Made by a program: the position numbers and the translations under genes. A model generated the notes under the pieces. That model saw nothing but the letters and a program-made list of their open reading frames with translations. It was not told the DNA's origin and made no database searches. Below are positions 1 to 12,400 of a DNA stretch of 64,000 nucleotides, piece by piece (within the stretch, counting starts at the first letter, position 1; each line of letters starts with the position of its first letter). Source of the stretch: Octopus sinensis (lineage: Eukaryota); NCBI RefSeq assembly GCF_006345805.1, contig NC_043016.1, positions 26,288,001 to 26,352,000 on the forward strand, in the 5' to 3' direction.

Positions 1-472
1 CAAGGTGTTTGCTACGAGGTTGGCGCTTGTCGTCGGGGATTTAACAGGGAAGGTACAGATATGTACCATTCTGAAAAGATCCATCCACGACAACCTCCAC
101 CTCATGCGATACATCATTGAGAAACTGACTAAAGAACCTGGCACAGGGAGGGACCCTGATCAATTTAGATCAGCCTAAAGTTTTCAATAGGATCGATCAT
201 CTATACATGGCGGCAGCAGGTTTCGGGCCTGTATTCAGGGGCTGGATCGCTGCAATGCACAACGACATCTGTTCAGTAGTCAGAGTGAACGTTCACCTCT
301 CAGAACAGTTCAACATCATGCGCTCGGTCCGGCAAGGTTGCCACCAATAGTCTCTCTTGTATGTACTAACACTCGAGCCACTACTACACAAACTGGAGGC
401 GTTGAGAGGCATCCCGCGTGACCTAGGATGTGGAAGATGCGTGTCGGTATATGCCAACGACGTCACCGTATG
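1..472 (+). mobile_element. Tx1/L1-clade LINE reverse-transcriptase fragment (decayed)
   Basis: Translates KVFATRLALVVGDLTGKVQICTILKRSIHDNLHLMRYII, then VRQGC..LLYVLTLEPLL and VYANDVT (degenerate YADD); contains frameshifts and stops. Confidence 0.85.
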
Positions 473-476
473 AAGG

Positions 477-1514
477 CAGCGGGGCGATCTTCACGATGGA
501 TTCAGTTGACTGCCGGGTCCGTCCTACACGCGACAGCAGGTGTTCGACATAAACCCACAGGTCAGTAATGCTCGGGCACTGGACGAGTGCATGCAGGGCC
601 GTCTCGTCGCCCTGCGCGCATCTTGGACACGCTCGGCCGACGAAACTCTCCGGTAGCACTGCCAGGTCAGAGATTTTTGGGAATTATCCATCGGTCCCGG
701 GTCGAAAGTTCTCTGGAAAAGAGCGGCTAGCTGATCTTTGACGCTCAAGGTCTCCCCAAGAGCGTCGTCGCACGTTTCCTCATTAATCCTCTATAAAAAT
801 CTAGTGGACGTACCACCTATCGCAGTGTCCAATTGGCTGAGGGCTGTGAACGCTCGAAGACATTACACTTTTCAAATACCTTCTCTCGGTCTCTGTGTTA
901 CCTAGGACTGCAGCTCCGTTAAAGAAACTAGCTGCGGAAATACGTCCTGGTGAACCGCAACCACACCTGTTCACCGTCTAGGAAGTACTAGAGATGTTGT
1001 AGTGTCAGTGCATATCTGCACATCATCAACCACGGCATGCCCCGGCCACCACTCACCGGGGTTTGATAGCAGATAGATCGTCTGATCATCGGGACGCGTC
1101 CTTTCCACCAGAAGCGGAAGAGTATACGCTCCAGCGTAATCAGACGGTGGCCAGGACAAGGCACGACGGTCAAGCGATAGTATATGACGGACATGATATA
1201 CGGGTTAGCCACAACGTTCACTCTGACTACTGAACAGATGTCGTTGTGCATTGCAGCGATCCAGCCCCTGAATACAGGCCCGAAACCTGCTGCCGCCAGG
1301 TATAGATGATCGATCCTATTGAAAACTTTAGGCTGATCTAAATTGATCAGGGTCTCTCCCTGTGCCAGGTTCTTTAGTCAGTTTCTCAATGATGTATCGC
1401 ATGAGATGGAGGTTGTCGTGGATGGATCTTTTCAGAATGGTACATATCTGTACCTTCCCTGTTAAATCCCCGACGACAAGCGCCAACCTCGTAGCAAACA
1501 CCTTGGCCAAAATT
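477..1514 (-). mobile_element. Inverted internal segment of the same Tx1-type LINE ORF2 (RT start, post-RT region, CCHC zinc knuckle)
   Basis: Minus ORFs give ILAKVFATRL..., LERILFRFWWKGRVPMIRR..GGRGMP, WQCYR and CPRCAQGDETALHALVQCP. Confidence 0.85.
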
Positions 1515-2045
1515 TCCGAGAAGGAAAGATTGTGTTTATATGCCTGGTGGCCATGGCGAAAGAGGTTGTATGATGGACGAGATGGAAGGTGCTGAAGACA
1601 AACACTTTTCTCTTTGGCCATCCCTGACGAACTGCTTCAAGTTTCACTTGAAAAGGAAAATAAGGGTAGAGGAGGGAAATGTTGTCTTCCAGTCAATTTG
1701 CTGAAAGTTGAATGAAAGTGGCAAGAAAGGTACGAGTGAACGGGGTCTGCCCAGAGCCTACGCCTGCAGTTGAAAAAACAAAGGAGAAAAGTCACCTGCT
1801 CCAAAAGTCAGAGTACCCATAGTTTTTTTGTGGGATTTTCCATGAGCAGCCCTCGAACGTCCCCTCCCTATTGATTTCTTTTCTTTTTTAATTTGTTAGT
1901 CTTGTTTACACGCAAAACCCTCACAACACACACTCACACAAATGCACACACACATTTTTCGTTCTGTCCTGTGTTGTCCATGTTTTTCTTAATGAAAACC
2001 CTCAGGGTTAATAAAGAAATCATCATCATCATCATCATCATCATC
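1515..2045 (+). mobile_element. Tx1-type LINE ORF2 C-terminus, 3' UTR and (ATC)n tail
   Basis: REGKIVFICLVAMAKEVV*WTRWK..FKFHLKRKIRVE..KVARKVRVNG, followed by AATAAA and an (ATC)n tail. Confidence 0.75.
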
Positions 2046-2058
2046 TTTATTATTATTA

Positions 2059-2100
<42 letters not shown>

Positions 2101-2152
2101 GATTATTATTATATTATTATTATTATTATATTATTATTATATTATTATTATA
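2029..2152. repeat. (ATC)n/(ATT)n microsatellite
   Basis: Visible trinucleotide run. Confidence 0.95.
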
Positions 2153-2155
2153 TGA

Positions 2156-2350
2156 AAAGCGGCAAGCTGGGCGAAATGATTAGCGTATTTCGTCTGCCGC
2201 AACGTTCTGAGTACGAATTCCGCCAAACATCGACTTTACCTTTCATCCTTTCGGAGTCCATAAATTAAGTACCAATGAAACACTGGGGTCGATGTAAGCG
2301 ACTCATCTCCTCCCCCAAAATGGCTGCCCTTTGTGGAAAAATTTGAAACC
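2156..2350 (+). mobile_element. tRNA-derived SINE, family A (GGCGGCGAGCTGGCAG head)
   Basis: Matches copies at 10159, 50343 and 51296; central block gactttgcctttcatcctttcggggtcgataaattaagtacc. Confidence 0.8.
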
Positions 2351-2375
2351 ATTCTTCTTCTTCTTCTTCTTCTTC

Positions 2376-2433
<58 letters not shown>

Positions 2434-2437
<4 letters not shown>

Positions 2438-3830
2438 TAGTGCTTTCACTTCACTACCGAGCGCAGCTCTGTGTGCCTTGGGTATGTGCTGTGATTTGAT
2501 GTGATGCTCTGATGGTTACTCTATTGAAATGTTTTGCGTAGTTTGTGTGCAGTGTCCAGTAGTGCAATTTTCTGTATGTTATATGTGTTTGTAAGTCCTG
2601 GTGTTTTCGTTATGTATTTGTCTGAATATTTTTTTATCATACCTAATGCACCCACTATGATAGGGATTGTTTCTGTTTATAGATTCCACATTCGAGTTAC
2701 CTCTATTTCCAGATCTTTGTATTTTGATAGTTTCTCCATTTCTTTTAGAGAAACGTTGTCGTCTGCTGGTATTGATACATCAATTAGAAAACATTTTTTT
2801 CTTCATGATCTCTAACAACTATATCTGGCCTATTGGTCTTAATTTCTTTATCTGTGTGTATTGGCAAATCCCAGAGGATGGTTGCTTTCTCGTTTTCTGT
2901 GACCTTTTCTGGTGTGTGCTTATACCATCCTTTTTCTGTTGGCATAGCTTCCAGTGTATGTAGGTCCCAACTCTGTCGTGTCTGTGAATATATTCCTTCT
3001 TAGCCAGGACTGGGCAGCCAGAGATAATATGATTTATTGTTTCTTGTCCATCTCCACATATTCTGCAGTTACTTGTTATGTTTGTTTTTCATTATAGGTT
3101 TTGGTAATTTCTGGTGGGGAGGCTTTGGTCTTGTACTGCAATTAAAAATCTCTCCGTCTCTGCTTTGAGTCCTGAGCTTCTCAACCATTGCTGGGATTTT
3201 TCTTTGTCTATTTCTTTTGCATTAGTTTAGTCCAGTATTTGCCATGAAGGGGCTTTTCTTGCCATCGTTTTATCATGGTCCGTTGCTGTTCTAGTTTTAG
3301 TTTGGATTTCATTTGTTTATAGCTTTTGTTGTTTTTTCTTCTTTTCTTCTCTCTTCTTCTTCTTCTTCTTCTTCTTCTTCTTCTTCTTCATATTTGTTAG
3401 GTGTTATGATTTCTTGTTGTATTTGTCAGCTTCCTTTTTTTTTGCTCGTGTTTTGCCGCTATTTGTGTCAGTTTTCTTGCTTCTGAAGTAGATATTTTGT
3501 AGTCCTATGGTGATTATTTCATAATAGTTTTCCAGCTGTATAAGGCCTCTACCACCTTCTATACGTTGTATATATATAGCCTTTCTATGTCAGATTTTGG
3601 GTGATGCATCCTAGATCCTGTCATTATTTTTCTTGTTTTCCTATCTATTTTGGTCAGTTCATTTAGTGTCCAGTTAAGGATATTGTAGCTGTAACTTATA
3701 ACTAGGACGGCTAAAGTGTTAATACCTATTATCTTGTTTTTAGCATTGAGCTCTGTTTTTAGTATTGATCTAACTCGTCTATAGTATTCTTTATTTATTT
3801 TCTTTTTCATTTGTGTGTTGTATCATACCT
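2434..3830 (-). mobile_element. Dong/R4-clade non-LTR retrotransposon 3' part (post-RT, zinc knuckle, RLE tail)
   Basis: Minus translations KEYYRRVRSILKTELNAKNKIIGINTLA..HPKSDIERLYI and PIIVGALGMIKK..IQKIALL; (CTT)n run at about 3345-3390; (AAT)n tail at 2360-2433. Confidence 0.85.
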
Positions 3831-3846
3831 AGTTAATGGATTCCTA

Positions 3847-3898
<52 letters not shown>

Positions 3899-4044
3899 GA
3901 CAATATGAAGAGCGCGATGCGATTGCATTAGATATTCTATTGGTTGAACGATATTTCGACAGCTTGCCTGCCTTTGTCGAGTTCAAAATGAAATGTTATA
4001 AATATTCAAAATTATAGAAATTCAAATTCAAAATTATATCCCAG

Positions 4045-5265
4045 TTCACGCACGACATCCGTCACATCGCGAGCTTCGAGAATATTCCAGCAGACGCGTT
4101 ATCCAGACTTCCCGTTTCCGCTTTAACTCCTGCTACGTTGGATTTGGTTACCTTGGCTTCCGACCAATCTCCACCAAGTTTAGTTGACATCTCATCACCT
4201 GAGTTTTTGCATTGTCAGTTCGAATACTTACCCCTATCAACTGCGGATAGTAATATCCTTTGCGATGTATCCACCGGATCACCGCGACTGTCCGTTCCTC
4301 TGAGTCATCGCTGGATCGTTTTCGATTATTTGCATTCCTTATCGCATCCAGGAATTTCTGCCTCTGTCAAGCTCATCACAGCTTGGTTTTTCTCGCCAGA
4401 CATGCGCCGAAACATCACCACCTGGGCTCGTTCCTGTACTTAGTGCCAGCGTTCTAAGATCCATCAACATATTCGTGTTCCATTGGGAAAATTCCATCAA
4501 CTGGACACTCGCTTTCGCCACATACACATCGACCTAGTTAGTCTTTGGCCCGTCAGTGATAGATATATGTCTATCCCGACCTGTGTTGACCAGTTTTCTC
4601 GTTGGCCAGAGGCCATACCTTGGGTCGACATTCCTGCTGAGACCGTAGCTCGTGCTTTAATATCCGGCTGGATATCTCGTTTTGGTGTTCCCTCAAGGAT
4701 CACCACCGATCGAGGACGGCAGTTTGAGTCCAATCTTTTCCGAGAACTGTCACACCTATTGGGAGTGCAACATCTGCACACAACTAGTTACCACCCGGCT
4801 TCAAACAGGATGGTGGAACGATTCCACCGTCAGCTAAAAGCAACCCTGCGTGCATCACCAGACCCGCAAAGATGGACCGAGTACCTACCTATCATCCTTT
4901 TAGGTTGTCGGTCCTCCGTTAAAGTGGATCTGGGTTTTTCTTGCGCAGAACTACTCTACGGGGTTGGCACATGCGTACACATCACCAAGATCTTTCTATG
5001 TACGTCGACCGATTGCGGTCGTACTTTATAAATCTCCTGCCGATGAACACTCGGCCTCAAACAGTGAAATCTGCGGTCCTGAAGGACATTGCTTCCTGGA
5101 CCCACGTCTTCTTTCGAAATGACTTTGTGAAAGGACCCTCATACCAACATATAGAGGACCCTATCGAGTCCTCACACAAACTGAAAAACTTTTCACTATG
5201 GACGTTAACGGTAGAAAAGAAACTGTATCTGTAGACAGACTGAAGGCGTTTTCTGATACTCATAC
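4045..5265 (+). mobile_element. Ty3/Gypsy pol remnant (RNase H end, HHCC zinc domain, DDE integrase), pseudogenised
   Basis: [36 protein letters not shown] and [20 protein letters not shown]; stop at 4441 and frameshifts. Confidence 0.92.
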
Positions 5266-5278
5266 CCCTCCAACATTT

Positions 5279-5825
5279 ATTTTGTTGTTAATTGTTTAAA
5301 TTATTTTCCATTGCTTTCGTTTTTTTTATACGCGTAACAAAAAAAATTTTAGGGTTAGGGTTAGGGGAAGGTTTAGGGTTAGTGACAGGATGTCTCAGTT
5401 TTAGACGCAGCAAATGATTTTAGCTCACTAGAGGTGATTCATTGGTTAAAATTCGAAAAATTAAACTACGTTATACGTTATAGAATTATTTTGTTTGTTA
5501 ATTGTTTAAATTATTTTCCATTGCTTTCGTTTTTCTTTTTACACGTGTAACAATTAAATTAATTTAACAATTAAGAAAAAAGAAAATTTAAGGTTAGGGT
5601 TAGGGGGAGGTTTAGGGTTAGTGACATGATGTTGTCTCAGTTTTAGATGCAGCAAATGATTTTAGCTCAATTAGAGGCGATTCATTGGTTAAAATTCGAA
5701 AAATTAAACTACGTTAAACAAACGAATTACAATTTTATCAAGAAAGCCAAAAGAAAAAAATGTTTTATTTTGACACATTCTACCAGTATACGAAGTTTTA
5801 AAGTGTTTAGTTAACTAGAAATTGT
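5279..5825. repeat. Repeat with two ~210-230 bp tandem units containing TTAGGG runs; right end shared with the 20880-21138 repeat
   Basis: Units at about 5281-5473 and 5490-5716; block gacacattctaccagtatacgaagttt-aaagtgtt recurs near 21050. Confidence 0.7.
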
Positions 5826-6239
5826 GTTGATATGTGCCGCTCAAAAGGAAAAGATCTCAGGGACATAAACACACCACCGTCGGTTGTCAAGCAATGTTGG
5901 TGGGGGGACAAACACAGACGCACAAACATATACACACACATACATATATATATACATACACTGTGGTCAATGTAATCAACTAGTCTCCCCACCCCCGCTT
6001 TGTGCCTATAGCAGAAAGGATTAGTATTATTATTATTATTAAGGCAGTGATCTGAGAGTATTATTACCCACTAGACAAAATGGTTAGAGGGATTTCTTCT
6101 AACTTTATGTTCCATGTTCAAATGGTGCTGGAGTTGATGAAATAAGTACTAGTACAAGCTAACATTTTTCATTTCATTTCTAGTTTTTATTTTGAAGTAA
6201 TACTTTGATTTATAAGCCTTAAAATCCACTCCATAATTG

Positions 6240-6420
6240 TCCACGGGCATATGGCGTAGTAGTTAAGAGCATGACCTTAACAATAATAACATCGACAAAT
6301 ACCATAGGAAATGAGAACCCAGGTTCGAAATTTCCCCAAGACACCTGAAAAAGGCTGAAGGGTATATCAGCCGAAATGTTGTGTTAGATGAGGACAAATA
6401 TCCATCAAATGTAAATAATA
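6240..6420 (+). mobile_element. tRNA-head SINE-like element with hammerhead-like tail (degenerate copy)
   Basis: TGGCGTAGTAG A-box-like head; tail acacCTGAAAAaggctg..cagccGAAA; homologous to 7637-7870. Confidence 0.65.
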
Positions 6421-6748
6421 CTTTGAATTAATGTTTTTAAAAATGAGTGTGTATGTTTGATCTTTGTGAAAAACTGAAAATTTGTCTCAAGGCAGTAACT
6501 GTTTAAACTGAGTACTGAGTTGTTGGTGCCTTGTATACTTGCAGCTAAATATCTTTAGTATAAATATAAGCCTCCTTGAATTTCATCCTGGTTTCAAAAT
6601 TTTTAATTAATATGTTTTATAGACGTATATTTTAATATGTGTGGATGCCTGTCTATGTGTGCATATGTGTATATATGAAATGTGTACATGTATGCATGAA
6701 TATATATTTCTCTGTGCATATGTATATGAGTGTGCATATGCATATATA

Positions 6749-6969
6749 TTTCTTTACTACCCACAAGGGGCTAAACATAGAGGGGACAAACAAAGACAGA
6801 CAATGAGATTAAGTCGATTACATCGACCCCAGTGCGAAACTGGTACTTAATTTATCAACCCCGAAAGGATGAAAGGCAAAGTCGACCTCGGCGGAATTTG
6901 AACTCAGAATGTAACAACAGACGAAATACGGCTACGCATTTCGCCCGGCGTGCTAACGTTTCTGCCAGC
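6749..6969 (-). mobile_element. SINE family A
   Basis: Reverse complement of the family A head, central block and tail. Confidence 0.85.
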
Positions 6970-7079
6970 ATATATGTATGCTTCTGAAAGGATGCATGCA
7001 AAATGAAGATACACATATACACTGTTTTTGCACATCATTCACAAAGGTTTTTTAAACAAAGGAACATAAGGATAAATAA

Positions 7080-7297
7080 TATCGGGTTGTCCGGAAAGTT
7101 CGTGCTGATTTATAGTAGCTTACCTTTCAACTTACCCTCCCAGGCACCTCAATTCTGGGAAGAGGGTATTTTCAAGTTAAAGGAAAGATTGTGCAACAAA
7201 ATGGTTCGTATTTCGTTGATTGAAAATGTAATGGCATGTATTATTGACCTTTTTCTTTCCTTTAAAAATCAGCACGAACTTTCCGGACAACCCAATA
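7080..7297 (+). mobile_element. Mariner deletion-derivative MITE
   Basis: 30-bp TIRs at 7082-7111 and 7266-7295 (one mismatch), TA TSDs, and internal transposase C-terminal remnant EEGIFKLKER. Confidence 0.9.
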
Positions 7298-7636
7298 TTT
7301 TACATGGATGCAACAACACAATTTTTGTGGAGAAGCTAAGACTATAGATGAGCTACTATATGGTCTCTCAACCCGCAAGAAATAACAGCTAAACCTCTTC
7401 AAATCACACCCTTCATTCATTTGTTCATATGCTTTTGTGTCCATTTTACTAAGCTACCAGGTACTAGATGAGTACATATTGTTGAAACATAGTTATTTTT
7501 TCATCTGGATTCCCTTCCTGTCACTAATCTTGTCATCTGTTTTCCAAATAAGGGAGCTTTCATTCCACTTATCTTCAAATGCACAGAACAAGTGGATGAT
7601 TTTAGTAAACACTTCTCAAGAACCACTACGCCATAT

Positions 7637-7870
7637 GCCCACAGGCATGTTATGGTGTAGTGGTTAAGAGTGCAGGCTACTAACCCCAAGATTCCAAGTT
7701 CGATTCCAGGCAGTGGCCTGAATAATAATAATAATAACTACATTGAAAAATACCTTAGGAATGAGAACCCAGGTTCGAAATTTTGCCAATACACCTGATG
7801 AAGGCTGGAGGGTATATCAGCCGAAACATTGTATTAACAAACAATTTGAGGACAAATATCCATCAAATGT
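7637..7870 (+). mobile_element. tRNA-head SINE-like element carrying a hammerhead motif
   Basis: A box TGGTGTAGTGG and B box AGTTCGATTCC; CTGATGA at 7795-7801, stem II ggctg/cagcc, GAAA at 7823-7826. Confidence 0.75.
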
Positions 7871-8379
7871 TCTTCCTGTGGTCTACCTGTTTGGTCTATG
7901 TGTTACATCAAGGGAGGTAATAACTCAAATGGAGAAAAGACATACATAGAGAGAGAGAAGGGGAGACAAAGAGAAAAATGGATATAGTGGAATTGATGAA
8001 AAATAGAAAGAGAAAACATGAGAAAGAGGGGAGAGACAGTTCATATTATTTTGCATTTGTGGATTCAAATTGCAAGCGAAACTAAAATGCTTAACATAAT
8101 GAAACAATATCACAAACGTCTATAAATGAGAACAATTAAATCTCATGTATATTTATATCATTCATATTTTGAAAAGCATTTTGTTGGTTCAAGTACAATA
8201 ACTGTTTCATATATATTTAAATCAATTCATGTTTGTATCACTATGTATATATGTATATTACATACAGTTTTTGTGTAGTTCCATTTATAATGTAGAATGT
8301 ATTATATCTAACTCAGTAAGTTCATGTCTTTTGCCTATAAGCAAATCATAATCATATGAAATATAGTTTGTATTTATTT

Positions 8380-8745
8380 ATTACCTTGACCTTAGCAAAA
8401 GCAGAGGTATTGTTTTCAGTCGTGTTTGTTTGTTTGGCCATGGATAAGATATCTCAAGAACTGCTGGATGGATTTGGATGAAACTTTCAGAGATGTTTGG
8501 CCTCATGCCTGGCATAAACTGATTAGATTTTCGGACCAATCCAGTACCGGACAAGGATTCTGGATTATTTTTCCAGTTTTATTACTTAAGTTTTGAAAGT
8601 GGTTGGGTTCATTTTTAGTATTCTCATTTGTGAGAGCAGAAGAGTTTATTTCAGATATTCACATTTTAAAAAATCATCTCTGGCTGATGGTTGAGAAGAT
8701 GTTGGTGTTGCCTTGGCGGAGGTTTGCACTCTCTGAGTGCTCTTG
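8380..8745 (-). mobile_element. Helentron-associated (HINE-like) non-autonomous element
   Basis: Reverse-complement homologue of 37470-37812, with (AAAC)n and a terminal hairpin. Confidence 0.6.
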
Positions 8746-8824
8746 TTTATTTTGTAAACATGTACTAAAGATTGTAAATAATAAGCATAATAAGTTTTGT
8801 CCTTTTAATTCAGTTTTTCTTTCC

Positions 8825-10105
8825 TTAACCCTTTTCATACCAAGCCACCCGAAACTGCCTCTGGCTCTGTAGTTCAAATGTCTTGTTTGCATAAGTTTTG
8901 AATTAAAGTCTTCCACCAAACCTTAGTCACAGTTAATGTTCCTAACACTAGCTGAATGATAACTAAGTTATGAGGGACGTTCAATAAGTAATGCCCCTGA
9001 CCCAACTGCCGTTGTTTGATCTAGCTGAAATTTTGCATGTGCAATTATTTATATCTCTATAGATTAAGTGGCAAATTACACCTCTGAACTAATTGTAGTT
9101 TCTGATTTACAGGTGTTTGAACTGAGTCAAGTGTGAAATGGAGCCTGTTGAGTGTCGAGCAGTGATCCGGTTTTTGTATTTGAAAGGACGCACACCACGG
9201 GAGACTTTTGATGAAATGAAAGTAACTTATGGTGATGATGCCCCATCTTATAACCTTGTAAAACGCTGGCATCATGAATTCAAACATGGTCGGAACTCTG
9301 TGGAAACAGCTCCCAGATCTGGTCGCCCCCCCCCTCCCTTCTGCCATCGACGAGCCATTTGTCCGTCAATTTGAGGCTGCCATTTTGAAAGATCAATGCA
9401 TAACTATTCACCAAATAGTCTATGAGGTCAAGATTAGTACCGAGTCTGTGGAAACTATCATTCATGACCATTTGTACATGCAAAAGGTGTCTGCCAGATG
9501 GATTCCCATGTTGCTCACACCTTTCCAGAAGCAAGAACGCATCGAGTGCTCGAGGATGAATTTGGAGATGTGCCAAGAAGATGAGTCAAAATTTTTCAAA
9601 AGACTGATTACACAGGATGAAACCTGGGTCCATCACTATGATCCAGAGACCAAAGTCCAGTCAATGCAGTGGAAAGACCGTGACTCACCTCCTCCAAAGA
9701 TGGCAAGGTCATGCTCACAGTCTTCTAGGACTAGGACGGAGTAGTGATGACAGATTTCCTGGCAAAGGGTACCACAATTACAGGAGCCTATTATGCTTCA
9801 CTTTTGAGGAAATTAAGAGAAGCTATCAAAATCAAGAGGCGGGGCAAGATCAGCAAAGGCATCCTCCTCTTGCAGGACAATGCTCCGGTTCACAACTCTC
9901 TTGTCGCCAGATCAGAAGCACAGGTGTGTGGCTATAAACTCCTCCCCCATCCCCCCAACTCTCCTGACCTTGCACACTCTGATTTTCACCTTTCCCAGCC
10001 ATGAAGTTGTTTTTGAAAGGAAAGCATTTTAAATTATTTTTTATATTTAAAATTAATTGAAAGAAACACAGAGCATCTCAAAATAAATACGGTAATGAAA
10101 GGCTT
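8825..10105 (+). mobile_element. piggyBac-like MITE split by a mariner insertion
   Basis: TTAA-CCC left end; halves 8825-8968 and ~10030-10105 match the uninterrupted copy at 38344-38569. Confidence 0.7.
8969..10027 (+). mobile_element. Mariner (D,D34D) transposase pseudogene, right end truncated
   Basis: Left TIR ta-tgagggacgttcaataagtaatgccc; motifs RAVIRFL, PRSGRP, ITQDETWVHHYDPETK, LQDNAPVH and HPPNSPDLAHSDFHL across three frames. Confidence 0.92.
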
Positions 10106-10158
10106 AAACTATAAAGCACATCACATCTGTCAAACATATTAAAAGAAGGTAAATAAGG

Positions 10159-10577
10159 AAGGCATTGAGCTGGCAGAAACGTTAGCATGTCAGGCGAAAT
10201 GTGTAGCCGTATTTCGTCTGCTGTTACGTTCTGAGTTCAAATTCTGCCGAGGTCGACTTTGCTTTTCATCCCTTTGGGGTTGATAAATTAAGTACCAGTT
10301 ACACACTGGGGTTGATATAATCGACTTAATCCCTTTGTCTGTCTTTATTTTTCCTCTCTGTGTTTAGCCCCTTGTGGGTAGTAAAGAAATAGGTATTTCA
10401 TCTACCATTATGTTCTGAGTTCAAATTCTGCCAAGGTCAGCTTTGCCTCTCATCCTTTTCAGGGTCGATAAAGTAAGTACCAGTTATGCACTGGGTTCGA
10501 TGTAATCAACTTAATCCCTTTGTCTGTCCTTATTTGTCACCTTTATGTTTAGCTCCTTGTGGGCAATAAAGAAATAA
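10159..10577 (+). mobile_element. SINE family A followed by a 5'-truncated tandem copy
   Basis: Full copy to ~10390, then second copy starting at aggtatttcatct. Confidence 0.8.
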
Positions 10578-10794
10578 GATGGTACATAAGCAATACTTGG
10601 AAGGCAATGCTTACTTACTTTCTTTTAATATGTTCATTTCAATTATATTTAAATGTATGGTTTTGATTAAATGGTAGGATTTCAAAAGAATTTTTTGAAA
10701 TTCCTTGCTTATGTTTAATATATTAACATAGTGTTTCTCATTATGCATACTTACACTATGGAATTTTCACACGTCCGGTTAGTATTATATAATA

Positions 10795-11150
10795 TATGGC
10801 ACCTTGAGCAAGTGTCTTCTGCTGTGGCTCCTGGCTGACTAGGGCCTTGCAGGTGGATTTGTTTAACAAAAGCTGAAGAGAAATCCACTCTGTGTGTGTG
10901 TGCATGTGTCTGTCTGTCTATGTCTATGTGTGTACCCTTGTCTATACATCACATGTTGGTTGTAAATGAGCTCCACTGACATGCCAGTCTGGCCATGGGA
11001 AACATTGCCTTGCCTAGAAACAGGTGAGAGTTGGCACCAGAAAAGGCTTCCAACTGTAAGAAAATCTGCCTCCCTAAATTCCATCTGATCCATGCAAGCA
11101 TGGAAAAATGAAGGCTAAATGATGATGATGATGATGATGATGACAATGAT
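10795..11150 (+). mobile_element. SINE variant: family B-type body with (GAT)n tail
   Basis: accttgagcaagtgtcttct.. then ..catgcaagcatggaaaa..gatgatgat; similar copy at ~58300-58680. Confidence 0.6.
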
Positions 11151-12021
11151 TGACAACAATATACCAGGAATTCTGTGTGAACTAAGATCCCAACTGACAG
11201 ATCAGTAGTATGTCTTTGTGGCAACTTAACTTAAATCTACTACCAAGTTAAGTGGTCAAGAGTTATGACATCATTTCGGTATAGAGGTTAGCACATATGA
11301 TACAATTCAAAGCAGACATAGCAAACAATTTCACGAGGTGGTGTTATGATTTGTGTTCTGTCTTCTTCATCTATATCAAATATATTATCAACACAGCCAT
11401 GCAGCAACAAAAGACTAGCTCATGCAATTTGCTTGTACCAAACTCATGGCAAATAAAAATCCACAGAATTCATGTCAACCATTCCTATGAATCCGTTACA
11501 TTTAGACCACTGCAGCAGAAACCCAATCATTGAACTTCTCATTGATTACATGACCCTCTCACAAAATAACAACAGCTAAATTTCTTTCAAATCAATCCAT
11601 ACTGTCTGGAATTTGGAACAAATATATTGAGAAGGGATGTGGGCATAAATTCTCTAGCTATGAGGATGAAACAGATAAGATGGACAAGGCTGGAAGAATA
11701 CCTGACCTACAGGAAACTTGGCACTGTCCCAACAAAGATCATATTGCCAGACATGTGTAGTTCTCATTAAAACAGAAGTATACAATATCCAGAATGCTGG
11801 ATCTGTGCCTATTAATTGCCTACACAGACACATACATATCTGCATGTATGTATGTGTGCATGTATATCAAATATTACAAGTGTGTGTGAGAGAGACAGAG
11901 TGTGTGTGTAGAATAAGTACCAGATTTCCAAAATAAATAGTACTGGAGCAATTTGTTCTAAACCTTTAAAGGTGGTGTCCCAGCCTGGCCACTGTCCAAT
12001 AACTAACACAAGCAACAGATA

Positions 12022-12400
12022 CATCATCATCATCTTCATCATTGTTGTTTAACGTCCACTTTCCATGCTGGCATGGGTTGGATGGTTTGACTGAGGGCTG
12101 GCACGTCAGAAGGCTGCAGCAGGCTCCAATCCAATCTGGTAAAGTTTCTAAAGCTGGATGCCCTTCCTAATGCCAACCACTCTGAGAGTGTAGTGGGTGC
12201 TTTTTACATGCTACTGGTACAAGGGCCAGTCAAGCGATGCTAGCATCAACCATACTTGAATGGTGCTGTTTACATGCCACCGGCATGGGAGTCAGTCAGG
12301 CGGCACTGGCAACAACCACGCTCAAATGGTGCTTTTCACATGCCACCAGCACAGGACCAGTCAGCCAGCACTGGCATCAACCACGCTTGGATGGTGCTTT
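12022..12400 (-). mobile_element. Family D SINE-like repeat with (GAT)n tail
   Basis: catcatc..ttaacgtccactttccatgc..ggatgcccttcctaatgccaacc; many homologues in the window. Confidence 0.8.

Noticed and set aside
4483-5031. Functional or domesticated integrase gene
   Set aside because: An upstream stop at 4441, frameshifts on both sides and no LTR pair indicate a decayed Gypsy remnant.
5349-5620. True telomere or chromosome-fusion site
   Set aside because: Only 2-3 TTAGGG units per run, same orientation, embedded in a duplicated repeat unit.
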